This document shows, one piece after another, positions 13,400-27,285 of a stretch of 64,000 nt of DNA; positions within the stretch are counted from its first letter, which is position 1; the number at the start of each line of letters is the position of its first letter. The notes beneath the pieces were generated by a model. The model was not told the DNA's origin. It did no database searches and saw only the letters and a program-made list of their open reading frames with translations. Origin of the DNA: Lama glama (taxonomy: Eukaryota); NCBI GenBank assembly GCA_028534125.1, contig CM052832.1, positions 20,152,001-20,216,000 on the forward strand, in the 5' to 3' direction. The position numbers and the translations under genes are program-made.

Positions 13400-13930
13400 G
13401 GTATAAATTTCTCCCTCCTTTGTGACTTCTCCGTTGAAAATCCCCACTCTTCTCTACCTTACTTGGATATCGATTCTGCCATGAAAAGCCATTTTCCCCT
13501 GCAGGACTTTCATTTGTATTCTGCTCTTTCCCCGACATCCCACGGACCTCACATCTGGGAATTGAAGTTGGCATCCTGACCTCCATTCTGGAATCTACAC
13601 TGTTTCTCCTTCTCCATGGAGTAAAACTCCTGCTCCTTGGAGGCTTATGCCAAACTCTGTTCATCTACCTCATAGATCATCCACAGACATTCTGATCACT
13701 CTTGCTTATTTACTACTATTTTGGCCCCTGGTCAGAGTCTTTTTCTTGGGCCATTAAGTTGGGCCATTATTTTTGGTGACTTCAGACTTCACTTTGGCAA
13801 CCTGTCTAACATAACAGCTTTTGGGTTTCTTTCCCTTTCTTGTCCTGTTCATTCACCTCCACCCTACTTCATATTCCAGTCCCCATGGTTACACCCCAGA
13901 ACTTGATTTCTTCTGAAACTGTTCTACCAT
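13400..13930 (+). mobile_element. L2 LINE, endonuclease-domain remnant
   Basis: Pyrimidine-rich. The ORF 13721-13906 contains AIIFGDFRLH (compare the APE endonuclease motif IILGDFNIH), and CATGGTTACACCCCAGAACTT translates to HGYTPEL (compare GHTLDL). Confidence 0.65.
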
Positions 13931-14039
13931 TGGACTAATCTTTCAGAAGTTGGGGTGAGATGGACCAAAAAAGAGAAAATGTAAAGAAAAGTTTAGGAAT
14001 TATTTTACTTCTTTATTTTTACAACGAATACCTGTAAGT

Positions 14040-14660
14040 AATATTCAGAAAGGGTTTAGTGGAGAGTCAGTGGATAAAAATTATGAATTTCATCCGTTAC
14101 TGATGGAGAAACGTGTTTAAGAAGGGTAAGGAAAAAATACAATGGAATAGGTGGAAGAATTAAACTTGATTAGAGGAAGCACAGCTTTTCCTTTGAAAGA
14201 GATGGAAATAAGATAAGGATGAATGTTTATATTAGTGGCAAGTTTAGAGAATGCATACCTTGTGGTTTCTATTTTCCTTGTAAGAAAAAGGGAGACATTT
14301 CCTGCTGAGACTGAAAGAATGGGAGAGAGAATGAGGCAAAAGAATTAAAGAAAATTGTGAAAATTTGGAAGAGTGTTGCATATCCAGGTGAAGATCCAAA
14401 CCATAAATATGTTAGAGTAGATGATATTGAAATGGTGACTTGGGAGACATTTATAGCAGAAGACAAAGAAGCTGAAATTGTCAATGAGTGTGTAATTGAT
14501 GGACAAACAGGTCAACATTTGGTAGGAAGGAAGTGAAGCCACGCAAGAGAGCTAAGACATTAAGAGTAAATTGAAGGAATCAAAAGCCTCAGAAAGATCA
14601 GAGAGAAAGTGTAATGAGAACAGGTGAGAAAAACTGAAATGATAAGAGATATGAAAGAGC
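14040..14660 (-). mobile_element. L2 LINE internal fragment
   Basis: Purine-rich antisense L2 pattern, e.g. TTTCTATTTTCCTTGTAAGAAAAGGGAGACATTTCCTGCTGAGA. Complementary in character to the start of the 28.9 kb L2. Confidence 0.6.
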
Positions 14661-16112
14661 AAAAAACCTGAAATATCCCCCACTATTCCTTTCTCACGTA
14701 AAGGATATCATGAGAGGTGGCTTACGTTAACTAGTCTAGGAGTATCATTTCTATGTAAAAAAGTTATTAGGGATTCATAAAACCAGAAAGGTAACAAACA
14801 CATTTTAGTGACACAATCCATTTATGATTTGGAGACTGACTCCTTGTTCAGTTTTGTCACAGCTTAACTGAAGTGGGATTGCTACTCCAACAGTTTATTT
14901 AAAGAGGAAAAAAAGGCTAGAAAATGTTCCTTCAGTGGGGACAATAAAGAGAGGAATCCATACCTAATTTATTTAACCCCAAATTGTTTCAGTCCCCTAC
15001 CTTCATAGCAGACGATGACATTGATTCCTTTTAAGCAATGCATAAAGATTGCAGATTGAATCATCACACTTTAAAAAAAAAAAAAGGAACATTATCACAA
15101 AAAACCACAATCAAGGTTTCTACTTCATGCAGTATTTTACTTAAAAATCAAAAAGATCTTTTGATATAGACAAAATGAAGCCAACTCCAGGTAATGGTAA
15201 GAATCAATGCAAAAATTAGAGACAACAAGAGTAAATCGGACAAAAGTATTTTGATTTTTTTTTTTTAAGGAGAATGAGAAGACAGGCCATAACAGCATTT
15301 TTAAACATTAAGAAAAGATGTATTTATTTTGTGGGACTTAGACATTCAGGGTAAATGCACTGGATCTTCTAAGAAGGGCTTCTTTGATAAAGCCTGGAAA
15401 TTCAGCATTTGGGAATGTTATCTAACTGATAAAGTATTTTTTGCAGTCATATTTTATCCCAGGAAATTGGTAAATAGCAGGTGTTTGCATTGCATTTTCC
15501 AGTAGGTTGTGAATTCCAGGCAAACAGTTTTTAGCCAAAGGAGATAGTCGATTATATTACTGCTCTACACTGGAGTATTGTTGTTCACTGGGGACTGTAA
15601 CTCAAGTTTGACTTGTGTTCCAAAGAGAAATATACTTTCTGGCATCAATGAAGTCTCTGGTAGACTATAATCTGCACAAAATTCAGTTGTAGTGACAAAA
15701 TCATTGGCCAAAGCTATCAAAGAAAATGAAATACAGCCAAAGTTAGTCCCATTGGGTCAACCTGGAGGCCAGTTGTTTCTGGAGTATATTTAATGACAGA
15801 GATTGAGTAGAGCAGTGATGTGTGTTCTGTCCAGATTTACTGAGAGATAATCAGAGGTGAGGGAGTCAGCAAATGCATTCCCTGCCCTTGAACTAGTTAG
15901 GTAGAATGAGTGACAAGGAAAGATTTCTCATACTGGAAGTATGCAATCTTAGCACTCTCTTACAAAGTCATAATTCAGATGTAAACAAGCAGATTATTTC
16001 ATCTTCCAGATCTCCTCTGCAGTGGCAGTTATCATGATCAGTTTTACCTTGTTAAATAACCTCTTCCTCTGGGAAGGCAGGGAGGAGAGCAAGCAACCCA
16101 AATGCTTGTGTG

Positions 16113-17130
16113 TATTTATTCATTCATTCCACAAATATTTTTTGGTACTTACCATGAACCAGGTATTGTTTTAGGTGCTTGGAATACATCAGTGTACAAA
16201 ATAGACAAAGCTCCTGGACCTTACATTCTACCTGAGGGAGATAAGCAATAATAGTAAACCTTAGGAATAAAAGAAGGAGTATGTTAGGAAGTGATTGCTT
16301 TAAGAAGAATCAGGAGGACCAAGTCAGCAGAGGAAGAAGATGTTTTTAATTAACAGTGTGGTTGAAATTGAAGGTGGCTAGGAAGACGTGTAAGCCAAGT
16401 CTTGAAAGAGGTGAGGCCGTGAGTCTTGTAGATATCAGGGGTGGGAGGACCGACATAAGTACATGAGGGAGGATGAGCTTTGAAACGGAGGGACTCCAGT
16501 CTTCTGTTTCTCTGGAGAGCAGGAACCAAGGTCATCTACTGAGATTAAGGCAGGCTTGGAATAAGGAACTAATGAGAGTAATTAGAGTTTGGAAGAAACA
16601 CTATGAGACATGCAAGAGGAAGGTAACTAGGGAGAGTACAAGAAAATTCTCAGCAGTCTCAGGACACTAAATCTTTGTAATGATACAGTTGGAATGGTTG
16701 CATGGTTTTCTGGACAGAGTTGGACAGAGCAAGTAATGATTAGATGGATTCTAAATTGGGAGTTGATTTGGTGGGACAGAGGGATGAGGGAGCAAACTTT
16801 GCTGACAGGAGCACATGTGGAGACAGGTCAGTAGATTCAAGTACAGTAGAAATGAAAGTGAAGCCACATGTGGGCATAGATGGAAAGAACACAAGGAGTT
16901 TCAAGGAGCTGGGCGATCACAGAAGTGTGTAGGAAGACTAAGAAAACATGAGGCATAAACAAAATGCTGTGGTTTCATTGGAACTTTAGATTCAAATTTT
17001 GAGGATTAGATGATTTCAGGCAATGAAAATGTATAATCTTGGGAGTGAATTAATTATAGGCTGCTAGAGAATATGGTTGGATTGTAGAAGTCATCTAAAC
17101 TCCTGTCCCATCCAGTGTTCCTTGAGGCTA
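16113..17130 (-). mobile_element. L2 3' end plus further L2 fragments
   Basis: TTCATTCATTCCACAAATATTTTTGGTACTTACCATGAACCAGGTATTGTTTTAGGTGCTTGGAATACATCAGTG is the canonical antisense L2 terminus. The sequence beyond about 16560 is less certain. Confidence 0.8.
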
Positions 17131-17174
17131 GTAGGTAGGATTCGTCATCTATCACAGCTCCAGGAGAAGACACA

Positions 17175-17370
17175 TGAGCTTGGTGTTGAGTTTAAAGAAC
17201 AGAACTTTCACTTACTAGCTCAGCAATCTTGAGCAAGTTCATTATGTATAAAAAACTCAGCTTTCTCACCTGAGAAATGGATAAAATTGAATACAACACA
17301 GGACTATTAAGAACAAATGAGGTAATGCATGTAATATGTGCCTGGCACAGTGCTTGACCCAGTAAAACAG
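17175..17370 (+). mobile_element. MIR SINE
   Basis: CACTTACTAGCTCAGCAATCTTGAGCAAGTT...CTCAGCTTTCTCACCTGAGAAATGG...AATGAGGTAATGCATGTAA...GCACAGTGCTTGAC. Confidence 0.85.
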
Positions 17371-17389
17371 AACAGGCAAGCTACAGATG

Positions 17390-17539
17390 TTACATTTTGT
17401 CCATTCTAAGATATTTTTTCACGTTGAAAACATCTGCTTTAAAGGTGTCTTATAAGCACCCCCGCATAAAACTAATATTAAGTCAGTAATGCTCTTCATT
17501 GTCTACAGTTGATCATGTTTTAGGATTGAAGCATATGGC
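17390..17539. mobile_element. MER104-like (TcMar-Tc2) MITE, decayed
   Basis: The left end CATTCTAAGATATTTTTTCACGTT...AACATCT...GGTGTCTTA and the right end TTTAGGATTGAAGCATATGG resemble the MER104 termini (CCGTATTTCATCGATTCTAAGA). Confidence 0.5.
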
Positions 17540-19617
17540 CATTCTCTTTTCTTTCCTCCATCACTTACTTACCAGTGAATGTGGGGGACTAATTATAAAC
17601 TAGAAAAATGATAGTTGTAAGTGCAAGCAGAGCCTGAAAAACTGGCCGGCAGGAATCTGAAAAGAAACAGTGACTTTTCTGGAAGGTATATCAAATGATC
17701 AGAAATGTCATTGTGATGATATTGACACTAGCATCTGCTAGTGAGAAATGACTTGATTTCCCCACACTTAACTTTTGCCTCTCATCTTAACCTCAGGGAG
17801 GTATTCTAAAAAGTTTCAAGAATATAATGCTGAGGGATCCAACAGTGATTGACTACAATACCAAGAAAAGATTGAGATACAGTAAAAAGTACCCTTTCCT
17901 ATGGTCTAGAAAGAAGCCATCAAACAGAAACATTCTTATTTACCCACTAAACATCTTTCCCATCCAGATACAACAAGGAGGGGAATGTTAGGTTATAGCT
18001 TGAATAAAAGGAGCAAAATGATTATGGATGATGCATTAATTTGAAGGGTTAAATGGACTTTGGACCCTCTTCTGAGAGCAGAAATAGCGGTGCTTTTATC
18101 AAAAGGAAAAGTAAGGATAGTAAAAGAAGTCTTTTTCATAACCTTACATATATATAATAAATGCAGGGCTCAGGTTTCAAGGTAGAAGTTCTATCCAGCA
18201 ATTGTCTTGGATTTGAGGGTTCTCTCATCATAATGTGGTTTCTCTGAAAATGTTGTGCACATTTGTCTTGAAGGGTGGGTAGTGAGCTGCAAGGTCACAA
18301 ATCCTGGCTGGATCATTCAGGTTATTTACAGAGTAACTCATGGCAGCTGAGACAAAGAAGAATTCCATCTTCTGGTAAAGGACAAAACAAAGGATAGCAT
18401 TAGCCATGATGCTGAGGTTCAATCTGGAGACAGATGCACTGATAATTGGAAACGAAGTAACAAGTTTAGAGCTCAGAAGCTTTAGGAACAGAACAGGAAA
18501 TCGAAGCAGTATTGGGTCAGTGTAAGGACTCAGGGCAGAACTAAGAACAGAGGGAGTCAGTGGCCACTTTTTAATATGGTATTGGCATGAAGGCCATTCT
18601 GCTGATTGAGACAAAACTAGGTAATTGTGACACTTCTACAGGACCTGGAAGTGGTAGGTATAACCCATAGAACCTCAACGTTATTATTTTAACCTGATCA
18701 TAACAATCCCTATGTGTATTTGTGTAGGTAGCTTAGCCGTCATTTTATACTATTTTCAGCATTCATTCATGGAAATCCCCTTAAATCCTCTGTGTATGGT
18801 TTGGGATCAGCAATTCTGATGTTCTCATTTCCTGGTTCTCTAGCTGGTTTGCCCCTGGCCAGCTAATAGTTTTCATTTTGATATCCTATGTAACTATGCT
18901 ATTCTAGCCCTAATAAAATTATCCTGCTTTCAGATCTCCAAACAATTTACTTATCTCATTATCCCTGTCATCCTCTTTGCGCACATTTCTGGGCCCTCAC
19001 GTAGAAGACACGAACCAGTCAGTCCTGGTTAGGTCACCTGGCCATCCGTCCTTGTGTGATACAAGCATCAGTAAAGATAAACCTGGCGTAGGCCCATGAT
19101 GACGCCTCCCTTTAGCAGATCATTACTCATCATTAAATGTACATCTGCTTTGGAAATGGATTTTCTTTACAGAGATTATTTTCCCTCAGTTGCGTCCTGT
19201 GAAATTTATAAACAGTGACTTCCGTGCTTTAAATAGGAGAATCTATGGAGGTATTTAGCTTTAACCTTCCCCCTTTGTCCCTCAAAATGAAAACATTTTA
19301 GGTCAAAGCAAACAAACAGTAGCATTACTGGAACAATAACTTTTGTCATCCTTCTGAATTCAGTCAGAATTAAGTGACTCACCTTACAGTATACTCTTAG
19401 TAAATAAGAGGTCTAGTTTATAAAGTTAATAAATGGATATTGCCTCTAAGTGTCATCAAAGTGAATGTCTTATTCTGTCACTAGTGAATATTTAAATCTT
19501 GAGGAGTTAGTGGAGAGTGGAGGGGAATACTGGGTTCCATTTCAAAATTTTAAAGCTGTTTAATATTAACAGTCTGGAAGCAATTAAGATATTTGGAAAC
19601 AGAGTTGCTGACATCAT

Positions 19618-19795
19618 CAATCCATTCATTTTTTTCCCCTAAAATTTACAAAATATCTGTTCAACACCCACTTTATAGTAGGCTTTAAGGCATAATGCTA
19701 AATTATACAGACAAGACACTAGCCTTTATTTCTCTTAGAGGGGAAGTCAGATGAATGAATGATTGTAATACAGTGTGTGGTGTTTTAATAGAGGC
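19618..19795 (-). mobile_element. L2 3' fragment
   Basis: CCATTCATT...AAATATCTGTTCAACACCCACT...AGACAAGACAC...GTAATACAGTGTGTGGTGTTTTAATAGAGG. Confidence 0.5.
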
Positions 19796-20727
19796 AGAAC
19801 TGTTCTTGGTGAGTTGTTTAACACGAAGGAACCTTTTATTCAGAATCACATGACCCAGAAGGTATGCTTAAGCTTCAGTTTGAACAGATGTAGTAAAACA
19901 AAATGCAAGGTGAAATTTAACATTTGAATCAAATAATGTAATGCATTCATTTACAAATATGTGTAAAATATCACTATTTACAACCATTATACATAAATAC
20001 ATTTATTTGTGTGTATCTTTATATCTTCAATTATTGTAATAAGGTTTATGTTTAATTATGCTTTTTAAGACAGCCTCTCCAACTTATTTTGTGTCTAAAG
20101 AGAGGACAGGCAATCTCTCATTCAACAGAACTAGAGAGTAGTAGAGAAGAAATCGTAACACTAAAGTAGGGGATTTAACACGTCGGTTTACAATACTAAC
20201 AATGCCTGGTGTATCATATAATGATATAGCTCCTTTGCATTTTCCCCTTTTGCCATTTCCCCCAGGGAGGGCAATACAGAATAGATTCATTTCTCCTTGT
20301 AGAACTGAGAATCTAGGTGGTGTTGCTACATTTTTAAAACCTATTTTCCCTTACAAATTCACCGGTATTTGAAAGGCAGGCTTTGTAGTCTCACAAGTTA
20401 TAAAGAGAGACTGTAAACACAAGCCATGATGAAAAAGTAGTCAATGTGCAGGCTTTATTTTAGGCAATACTTTTTTGTTCAGTTTGATTAGAAAATATAT
20501 CCATTTTCCTATGAAAATTGTTTCTATATATTGGTACTTTAAAGTTATTAAATATATTTATATATTAAATGCTAATTATTAATTGTGTTTGGGGAAGTTA
20601 ATTATTAAACCTGAATTAGACAAATTCAACACTCATCACAGACTCCAGTAGATGACCATGTGGCAGAGAACAGACTAGAATGTCTGTTTCTTGCAGGCAG
20701 ACCTCAGTCCAAAAAGAGAGATGATAG

Positions 20728-21176
20728 AGCTGCTTCCCGGGGTTGATGTAACAAATTACCACAAACCTGATGGCTTAAAACAAGAAATCTTTATTCCCAC
20801 ACAGCTCTGAAGAGTAGAGGTCTGAAATTAGTGTGTCAGGTAGGCCATGCTTCTCTGAAGACTCGCGAGAAGAGTCTTTCTTGCTTCCATCTAGCTTTTG
20901 GCATATTCTAACAATTCTTACTCTTCCTTGGCTTGTAGCTGTGTCACTGTAAGCTGTGCCTCTTTCTATGTATGGTTTTCTTCCCTGAAGTCTCAGTGTG
21001 CCCTCTCTTCTTATTATAAGGACACTAGTCATTGGATTTAGGTCACACCCTAATCCAGGATGACCTCAGTTTAACTTGATTATATATGAAATAACTATAT
21101 CGAAAAAAAGCTTTCATTCTTAGATTCTGGGTGGACGTGAATTGGGAGGGAAGTGGTACTATTCAATTCACTACCA
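20728..21176 (-). mobile_element. MLT1B/C MaLR solo LTR, near full length
   Basis: GTAACAAATTACCACAAAC...GGCTTAAAACAAGAAAT...TATAAGGACACTAGTCATTGGATTTAGG...TAATCCAGGATGACCTCA...ACTATTCAATTCACTAC. Confidence 0.9.
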
Positions 21177-24007
21177 GCTGGGCTAGTCATGCCCAAATAT
21201 TTCTTTTGTACCTCCCTAATTATACATTTCTCTAATGAAAGATAACACGTGAGAGTAGACAGGTAGACCAGGTGTCTTACTTTAGTGGAAGCCCTCCTAC
21301 ATCAAAAAATGAGGTCAGAAAACTAGAAATTCTTCCAGTTGCATCTCAGCTTGTTATTTTCTTAATCAATAGTGCTTAACTCTTGGGTCTGTGTTCCACT
21401 GGCTGGGTGGACATCCCTCCCAGAAGAGGCAAGCAACATTCTATGAAGACCATTCCATTCGCCCCTTCTGAGTCCATGCCCCAAATACCCACGACTGCTG
21501 TTTGGGTTTCCTTTTGCGCCCAGGAGAAGTTTAGCTTTTGCCTCACAGGGTCAGTACCATATATTAAGTGAAGACCCTGCTTTTCCTTAAGCAGAAAAGT
21601 ATTCCTTATTTTCATTTTACTTATTCTTAAAGTATGCCCAGCCACACTGTATGACTCCACCAGAAGTTATTCCATTAAATCAAGTGCCAGCATAAAAACA
21701 TTCTAATACCAAGATGTCAGCAATACAGAGGTATCCCAAATTTAAATATAAACACCACTCATTATCATATACCTGGGAGAAATGAAAATGCTAGAATAAG
21801 ATCCTACAAATCTAAGTCCACAGAAATCAAAGATCAAAATTTTCAAGCTAATAAATATGTAAGTAAAACAAATTCCAAAACAAAATTATCTTGCCTTTAA
21901 ATATTAAGTTCAAAGAAAAGTCCGAAGTCTATATTTTAGTCCAGAAATCATTTTTGCCAATTTTTAAAAATCCTAATTCTCAGCCAGAGAGCAGAATTCT
22001 AAAGCAGATGCCAGAGTGAAGTTGAAGAACTTCAACAGCTTCAACCTATCTGTCTCTCTGGAAAGGATGTAGCTCTGCAGTGCCTCTGAGACTGGCTCAT
22101 CCCTGCCAAGTCTGTGTGCCCCAATTGGCGAGAAGTCTAAAGTATACCTTGAGAACAAAGGAATATCTTAGCATTAAGCCACACACTAACAAAATGAAGA
22201 CAGTAAGCCAATCCCTGGGCCTGAGAGCAGTTGCCCCAAACAAAAGGAAGTTTCCAAACAAAATTAAACCATACCCATATTACTCTTGCCTAAGACTTAA
22301 TGATATCTGAGCAATGGAGGATAGATAAAATCAAGAACTGTCTTTATTTCAGGCTTACCGCTTTGCCAATTATTCTATCCCAGGGGTCTAGCCTTCAAGA
22401 CTTGTGGATTAAAATTCAATAAGGAGAAATATCTCACCATGGAATAAATTACGGCACTATTTCAGTTCTCTGTCTTGAAGAACAATTCTTTTCTCTCAGT
22501 GGGTAGAATTAGGATAATCCTGCTATCTTGGGGAGTTCAAAATTTCCTGTGGTGGTAGGCTTATTCTTCAGGGTTGATCTTCATCTAGCACATTCAAAAT
22601 ATCTTAATTTTTAGTTTTTCTTTGAACATTGACTAGCGTGTGTCCTGCTGCTGTACTGGATGTGGAATTTCTGTGGTAACAACCCACCCTCCCACCACCA
22701 CCTCCTCTCAACACTTTCTTGATGAGAAGGCTTTTTTCTCCAGTTTCATCATAGCTTCTTGCATCCACTGATGCTTGCAGTGTAATTGCTTTGGGTCTCC
22801 AAGGCAGAGTCCCCGTCCCCCAGCTGGAGAAGCATCCTCAGCAAATTACTTAAAGGAAGCTGCTGTTCACGGTTATGAAACCCACACCCCTAGAGCGCTG
22901 ATAACTACCAGTAAATCAGCTATCTGCTCTTTAAGGTGCTGTCTTTACTTAATTTTCTTTAATGCTTTAGGTTTTGAGCAGGATTTGGCGAGGGATACAT
23001 ACTTTTATGCAGTAGTGAAATGTGGCTCCAACTGTCTGCATCCCTCATAGAGTCCTTACTCCTTTGAGGAAAGCTCAGCTGCATTTTAGATAGTTAAACC
23101 TACTTTTTTAGTTTTAACCCACAAACCAGCCTCGTGTAGGGCTGACTTTTTTTTTTTTTTTTTGACTAGATCTCAGTGTCTCCTATCTTTTCCTTTCTTC
23201 TTGTCTTCTGGCCCTGACGTTTCTTTTGCTAACATACTTTAATAACTTTGTCTTCTGTGATCATTCATATTGAGAGACGTAGAATAAATGAGTCCTAATT
23301 TTGCTAAAAGCAATAATTGTTCACACAATTTTTACTGTAACATAGTATCTGTTATTTCCATCTTGTTAATAGAACCTCAATTTTGCTAAACTACTTACTT
23401 CTCAGACTCTTTCACAGAAAGACTGGCCATGAGAACCAATTCTGGCTGAAGAGATGTATGCAGATATTGTAGAGTGGGGGTTCAAAGAGCTTTTAAAAGA
23501 AGTCAGACATAACACGCCTGCTCTACCTGTCCTTTGCCCATCACTATTTCTCCATTTTTCTTCCTGGAATGTAGACTCAATTCCTACATATAAAGCATTC
23601 ATCTTGATCAACATTCTAAATCTCCCACCACACAAGGACAAACATGGATAACCAACATCCTATAAATGCAGTAGCCATTAGACTAATACCCAGAGAGGGC
23701 TAGACTCAATCTAACATTGACGATACTCATCACTGTCCACAAACGTGTCTAATCTTCTCTATGCCTTTATAATCTTGATTCCATACATTTTTAGGGTGTA
23801 TTCCTCTAGGCAGTAGCTGTATCCCCATATACAATATTTGAAGCTCACAAACTAATGCTTTAATAATTGCATGCTGATATTTGTCTTTACGTCTCAAATC
23901 ATCCCAGACTTTATGTAACCACTTGGAATAGGTCCCCAGTCTTAAAGAGGTAGTTTCTTGATAGCTCTTATTTTGAGCTATTTGAGCTATTAAGAGACTA
24001 TCCCTAA

Positions 24008-24173
24008 GGGGGTGAGGGTATAGCTCAGTGGTAGAATGCACGCCTTAGCATGCCTGAGGTCCTGGGTTCAATCAAAATGAATAACCTAATTACCTACCCG
24101 CAGAAAAGATGAAAAAATAATTAATAAAAAGCAAACTAAAAAAACTTAAAAATAGTTGGACAAAACAATTTTA
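24008..24173 (+). mobile_element. tRNA-Ala-derived SINE (camelid Vic-1 type) with an internal deletion and A-rich tail
   Basis: GGGTATAGCTCAGTGGTAGAATGCACGCCTTAGCATGCCTGAGGTCCTGGGTTCAATC (A and B boxes), then CCTAATTACCT and an A-rich tail. Degenerate TSD AAGAGACTATCCCTAA (23992-24007) / AAAAGACTATCACTCA (24174-24189), 13/16 identical. Confidence 0.9.
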
Positions 24174-24659
24174 AAAAGACTATCACTCAACTGTTTCGTG
24201 TATTTGGATTACCTCTGAGGAGTAATTCCAGGTTATCAATGGAGACTTTTTTTCTCCCTCTTGATAAATGTCTTCAGGGGCCCAGTCTCTATTCTGGATT
24301 TAATATCCGCTAAATCAGCTTACCCCTGCCTGATACTCTCTTCAAGAGGAATTAAGACTTGCCTGCACTCAATCTCTACTCTGCTTTTTTTTCTGCACAG
24401 TTTTGTGTTCAAGGTCTCCTTTCTCTTTACATACCTGTTCTGCAAATATTCCCAAATCTCAAACTTTTTTCTGTAGACATAGCTCTTTCTCCACCTTCAT
24501 CAGTCTAACTTTATTTTTCTTTTATTTCACACTTTGCTTGTGATAGTAAGACAAAAGTGTAATTTTCAAACCTCACCAACTTCTCCTTGATTTCCTTATT
24601 CTTAAAGGCAGGATGTCCAATGATCTGCATTTTAAATTGCCTTCCTAACTTCTGAATTT

Positions 24660-24880
24660 CCAGTGATTTCTATGAGTCATTCAAGTTATTCAGAGAGGGA
24701 ATTTGCTTGGCCTTTCCTTTCTTTTTTTCTTCTAGTCTCTATCTTCAGTCTCTGGTCAGCTCATCAATTGACTGCTCTTTGAGTTGGTGGCCTTCCCTAA
24801 TTTAATCAAATGTGAAAAGGAAGCTCAGGGATTCTATTAAGTTTTGCTTTACTGCAAAAATGTGGGGATCATGATTTTCT
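24660..24880 (-). mobile_element. Old MLT1-like fragment
   Basis: GAGAGGGAATTTGCTTGGCC...TTGAGTTGGTGGCCTTCCCTAATTTAATCAAATGTG resembles antisense old MLT1 subfamilies. Confidence 0.4.
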
Positions 24881-26814
24881 AAGTAGGATTTGGGGGCTGG
24901 CAGACACTTGACTGTTGCTCTAGTTTTAAAAAGTGAAGATCTGAAAGGGGTCTCAGGGTCCAGGTGGACACTGAACCAAGCTCTGAAACCGGGTGTTTAT
25001 GGGGGTAAAGGAAGCATGTGCCACTGCTCGAGAGAAACTGCTTTCCACAGTCATGTGTCAGTTAAAGCTAGGAGATGTGAGATGTACGTTTTGAATAGAT
25101 TAACAATGGCAGTGGTACTCATTTACAAGGAAACAGGAATTCTAGAAGAAAGGTATTAAGTAAGAAGAATGCAATGAAACATAAAGTCAGGAGAGACTTG
25201 GGTTAGGTCACTATGGGCATAAGAGAAAAGGAGAACATTGGAGACCCAGTACTGAGCTTACCTTTTAGACGGTGATCAAGGTTGTCAGAGGTATGAGGCT
25301 GATCAAACACATCATGGGATCATAACCTCCTATGTATCCTTAATAAGTTCAATTTTCATTCTAGAACCTACAGTCAATCCTTGAACAAATTTAATATGAG
25401 TACCTTTCTTAATTCAATATGCTGCCAGAAACTGCACCAAACTTACTATGTAGATGTTGGCCAGCATGTACATACAAGACTGATTTTAGATCAAAGGGGA
25501 AGAGAATTCATTTGTCAGTTTCTGTAGGTACTTTATAATAATGTAGGTACTTGATGATAAACACCAGAAGTAAATAACCAAAAGCAACATAGTACTTACA
25601 ATGTGCACAAAAGATTATGTTGGTGAGTGACCTACCTAGAATGCACAGTCAAGCTCTGTACAAGTAGCACTGTGGGTCAGCAATAGATTGCCTTCTGTTT
25701 ACACAAAATTTATGTAAGTGTATTTGCAGTGTTAGTAATGTGAAAGCATAAAAACCGACACCAGACTTCCATTTCTAAACAGCTCAAGAAGTCTGCTTGC
25801 CTGCATGTATCTTTTAATAGATAAAATATTAGTATCAAGCTAGAAGACCAATGGGCTTATTAAGCACCTACTACTGACACGCCATTTCCCTGGCTATAAT
25901 CATTTCTTCATTTAAACCATTCTGCTTAATAACAGAGCGTACTGGGAGCATAATGAGGCAAAAAACTACCAAAGTGATTGCTGCTATGAATGCTGAGATT
26001 GAATAATTGTTCCCATTTCCACAAAGCGTTGCTATAACCATAGGCAAAGGCTGAGTCAGGACAAACATTTACATTTAAACAGCCTGCTAGGAAGGAACAG
26101 CCAGACCTGCCTACAATTAGCTCTGCCCAGAATGGAGATTTTTAGATAATGCATGCAATGAAATGTCAGGAGGCAGTGCCTGTTTTTTTTTTTTTTTAAA
26201 TAAAGTCTTACAAAAGACTTGATATATGATAGAAATAAAGGGAGATTGTTCATGGCTGGTATTAGGTGGGAGGGCAAAACCCTGTTAATTTCTTCTCCCC
26301 TTGCCCATCTGAGATGGTATCTCAGGAAGTTTGCAAGACTCTGGGTCTCTGGAGAAAGAGGGTTGATAAGTATTATTCTAAGTCGACAATTTGAATGGCT
26401 CCAAGTGGTTAAACCCACCATCACAATAGAAAACCCTTCTTTGATAAAGTATATTAAGGGAACAAATAGAACTGTGAAACTGAAGCATTGAAGAGGACTT
26501 AGAACTTCTGGCCAACTAACCACACATCCCAAGAATCCCATTTAAACCATTTCTGATAGATAAGTAATCCAGTTTGGGGGATGAATAGCTGTTCTCCGAG
26601 ACATTCTCTTTGGTTCTCATTTTCATTCATCTGATACAAGAGCATCCAGTTCTGGTTTCTCTCCTGTCCATCAAATTTATGTGTATTTCTTAGAACACAC
26701 ATCTCTGACCTTATGGTTGAGCAGGAAGAAGCAGCCCAGACATCTGGGAGCTGGCCTGGTACTATTTGTTAGATCTTGGTGTTGCTGGATGCTGCTCTGG
26801 CATTCACAGCTAGA

Positions 26815-27285
26815 TCTTAATGTTCTCCTATTGAACATACACAACTTCATAGAGCATTGATATCAGACAATCAGACAAGGCTGATCGGACAAGGCTACTC
26901 TGGACCCTGATGGAGGAAGACAAAATCCAGATCACTTGGCAGTCTTGGCTCAACACAGAGAAAAACACTAGCATTGTCCAAACTTCAAAAATGACCAACA
27001 GCCCATATACTGGCTTAAATGTGTGACTGCTGCTTCTTTACCTATTATAGCTTTATCCTTGCTGTAATTCTGTCCTCCTAGATTGTGTTTATAAAGATAC
27101 CCAATTTTACCCCACTTCATGACACATTTAATCCAGAGAAAAAGCCCAACCTCCTCCCCCAAATTAACCTAGCTCACACTCAAATCTTATAAATTCTAAC
27201 ATTCTCTTACTGAAACACCTCATAGTCACTCACGGCAAAAAGCTACAAATCAAAGCTATGTTCCTGGTAGTCTTTGGCTGAGATC
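26815..27285 (+). mobile_element. LTR37-like ERV1 solo LTR
   Basis: ATCAGACAAGGC...CATTGTCCAAAC...AAAAATGACCAA...GTGACTGCTGCTTCTTTACC...AAGATACCCAAT...CTCTTACTGAAAC...TGTTCCTGGTAGTCTTTGGCTG are colinear with the LTR37 consensus as I recall it. There is a local duplication of TCAGACAAGGCT. Confidence 0.85.

Noticed and set aside
18228..18614. 128-aa minus-strand ORF
   Set aside because: It has a non-ATG start, no recognisable motif and no splice support. The underlying sequence is unassigned.
23147..23163. T17 tract flanked by GAC as a solo poly(A) retro-insertion
   Set aside because: The flanking repeat is too short to call a TSD; slippage explains it.
23297..23390. 12-bp direct repeat AATTTTGCTAAA
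   Set aside because: It is AT-rich and short, with no element-like content between the copies.
24008..24073. Functional tRNA-Ala gene (also at 40822-40885)
   Set aside because: One copy lacks the 3' acceptor-stem segment and the other has a degraded 5' end. Both carry SINE tails, and one has a TSD.
26056..26541. Longest ORF (161 aa, minus strand)
   Set aside because: It crosses a homopolymer (poly-K), has no recognisable domain and shows no exon-like boundaries.
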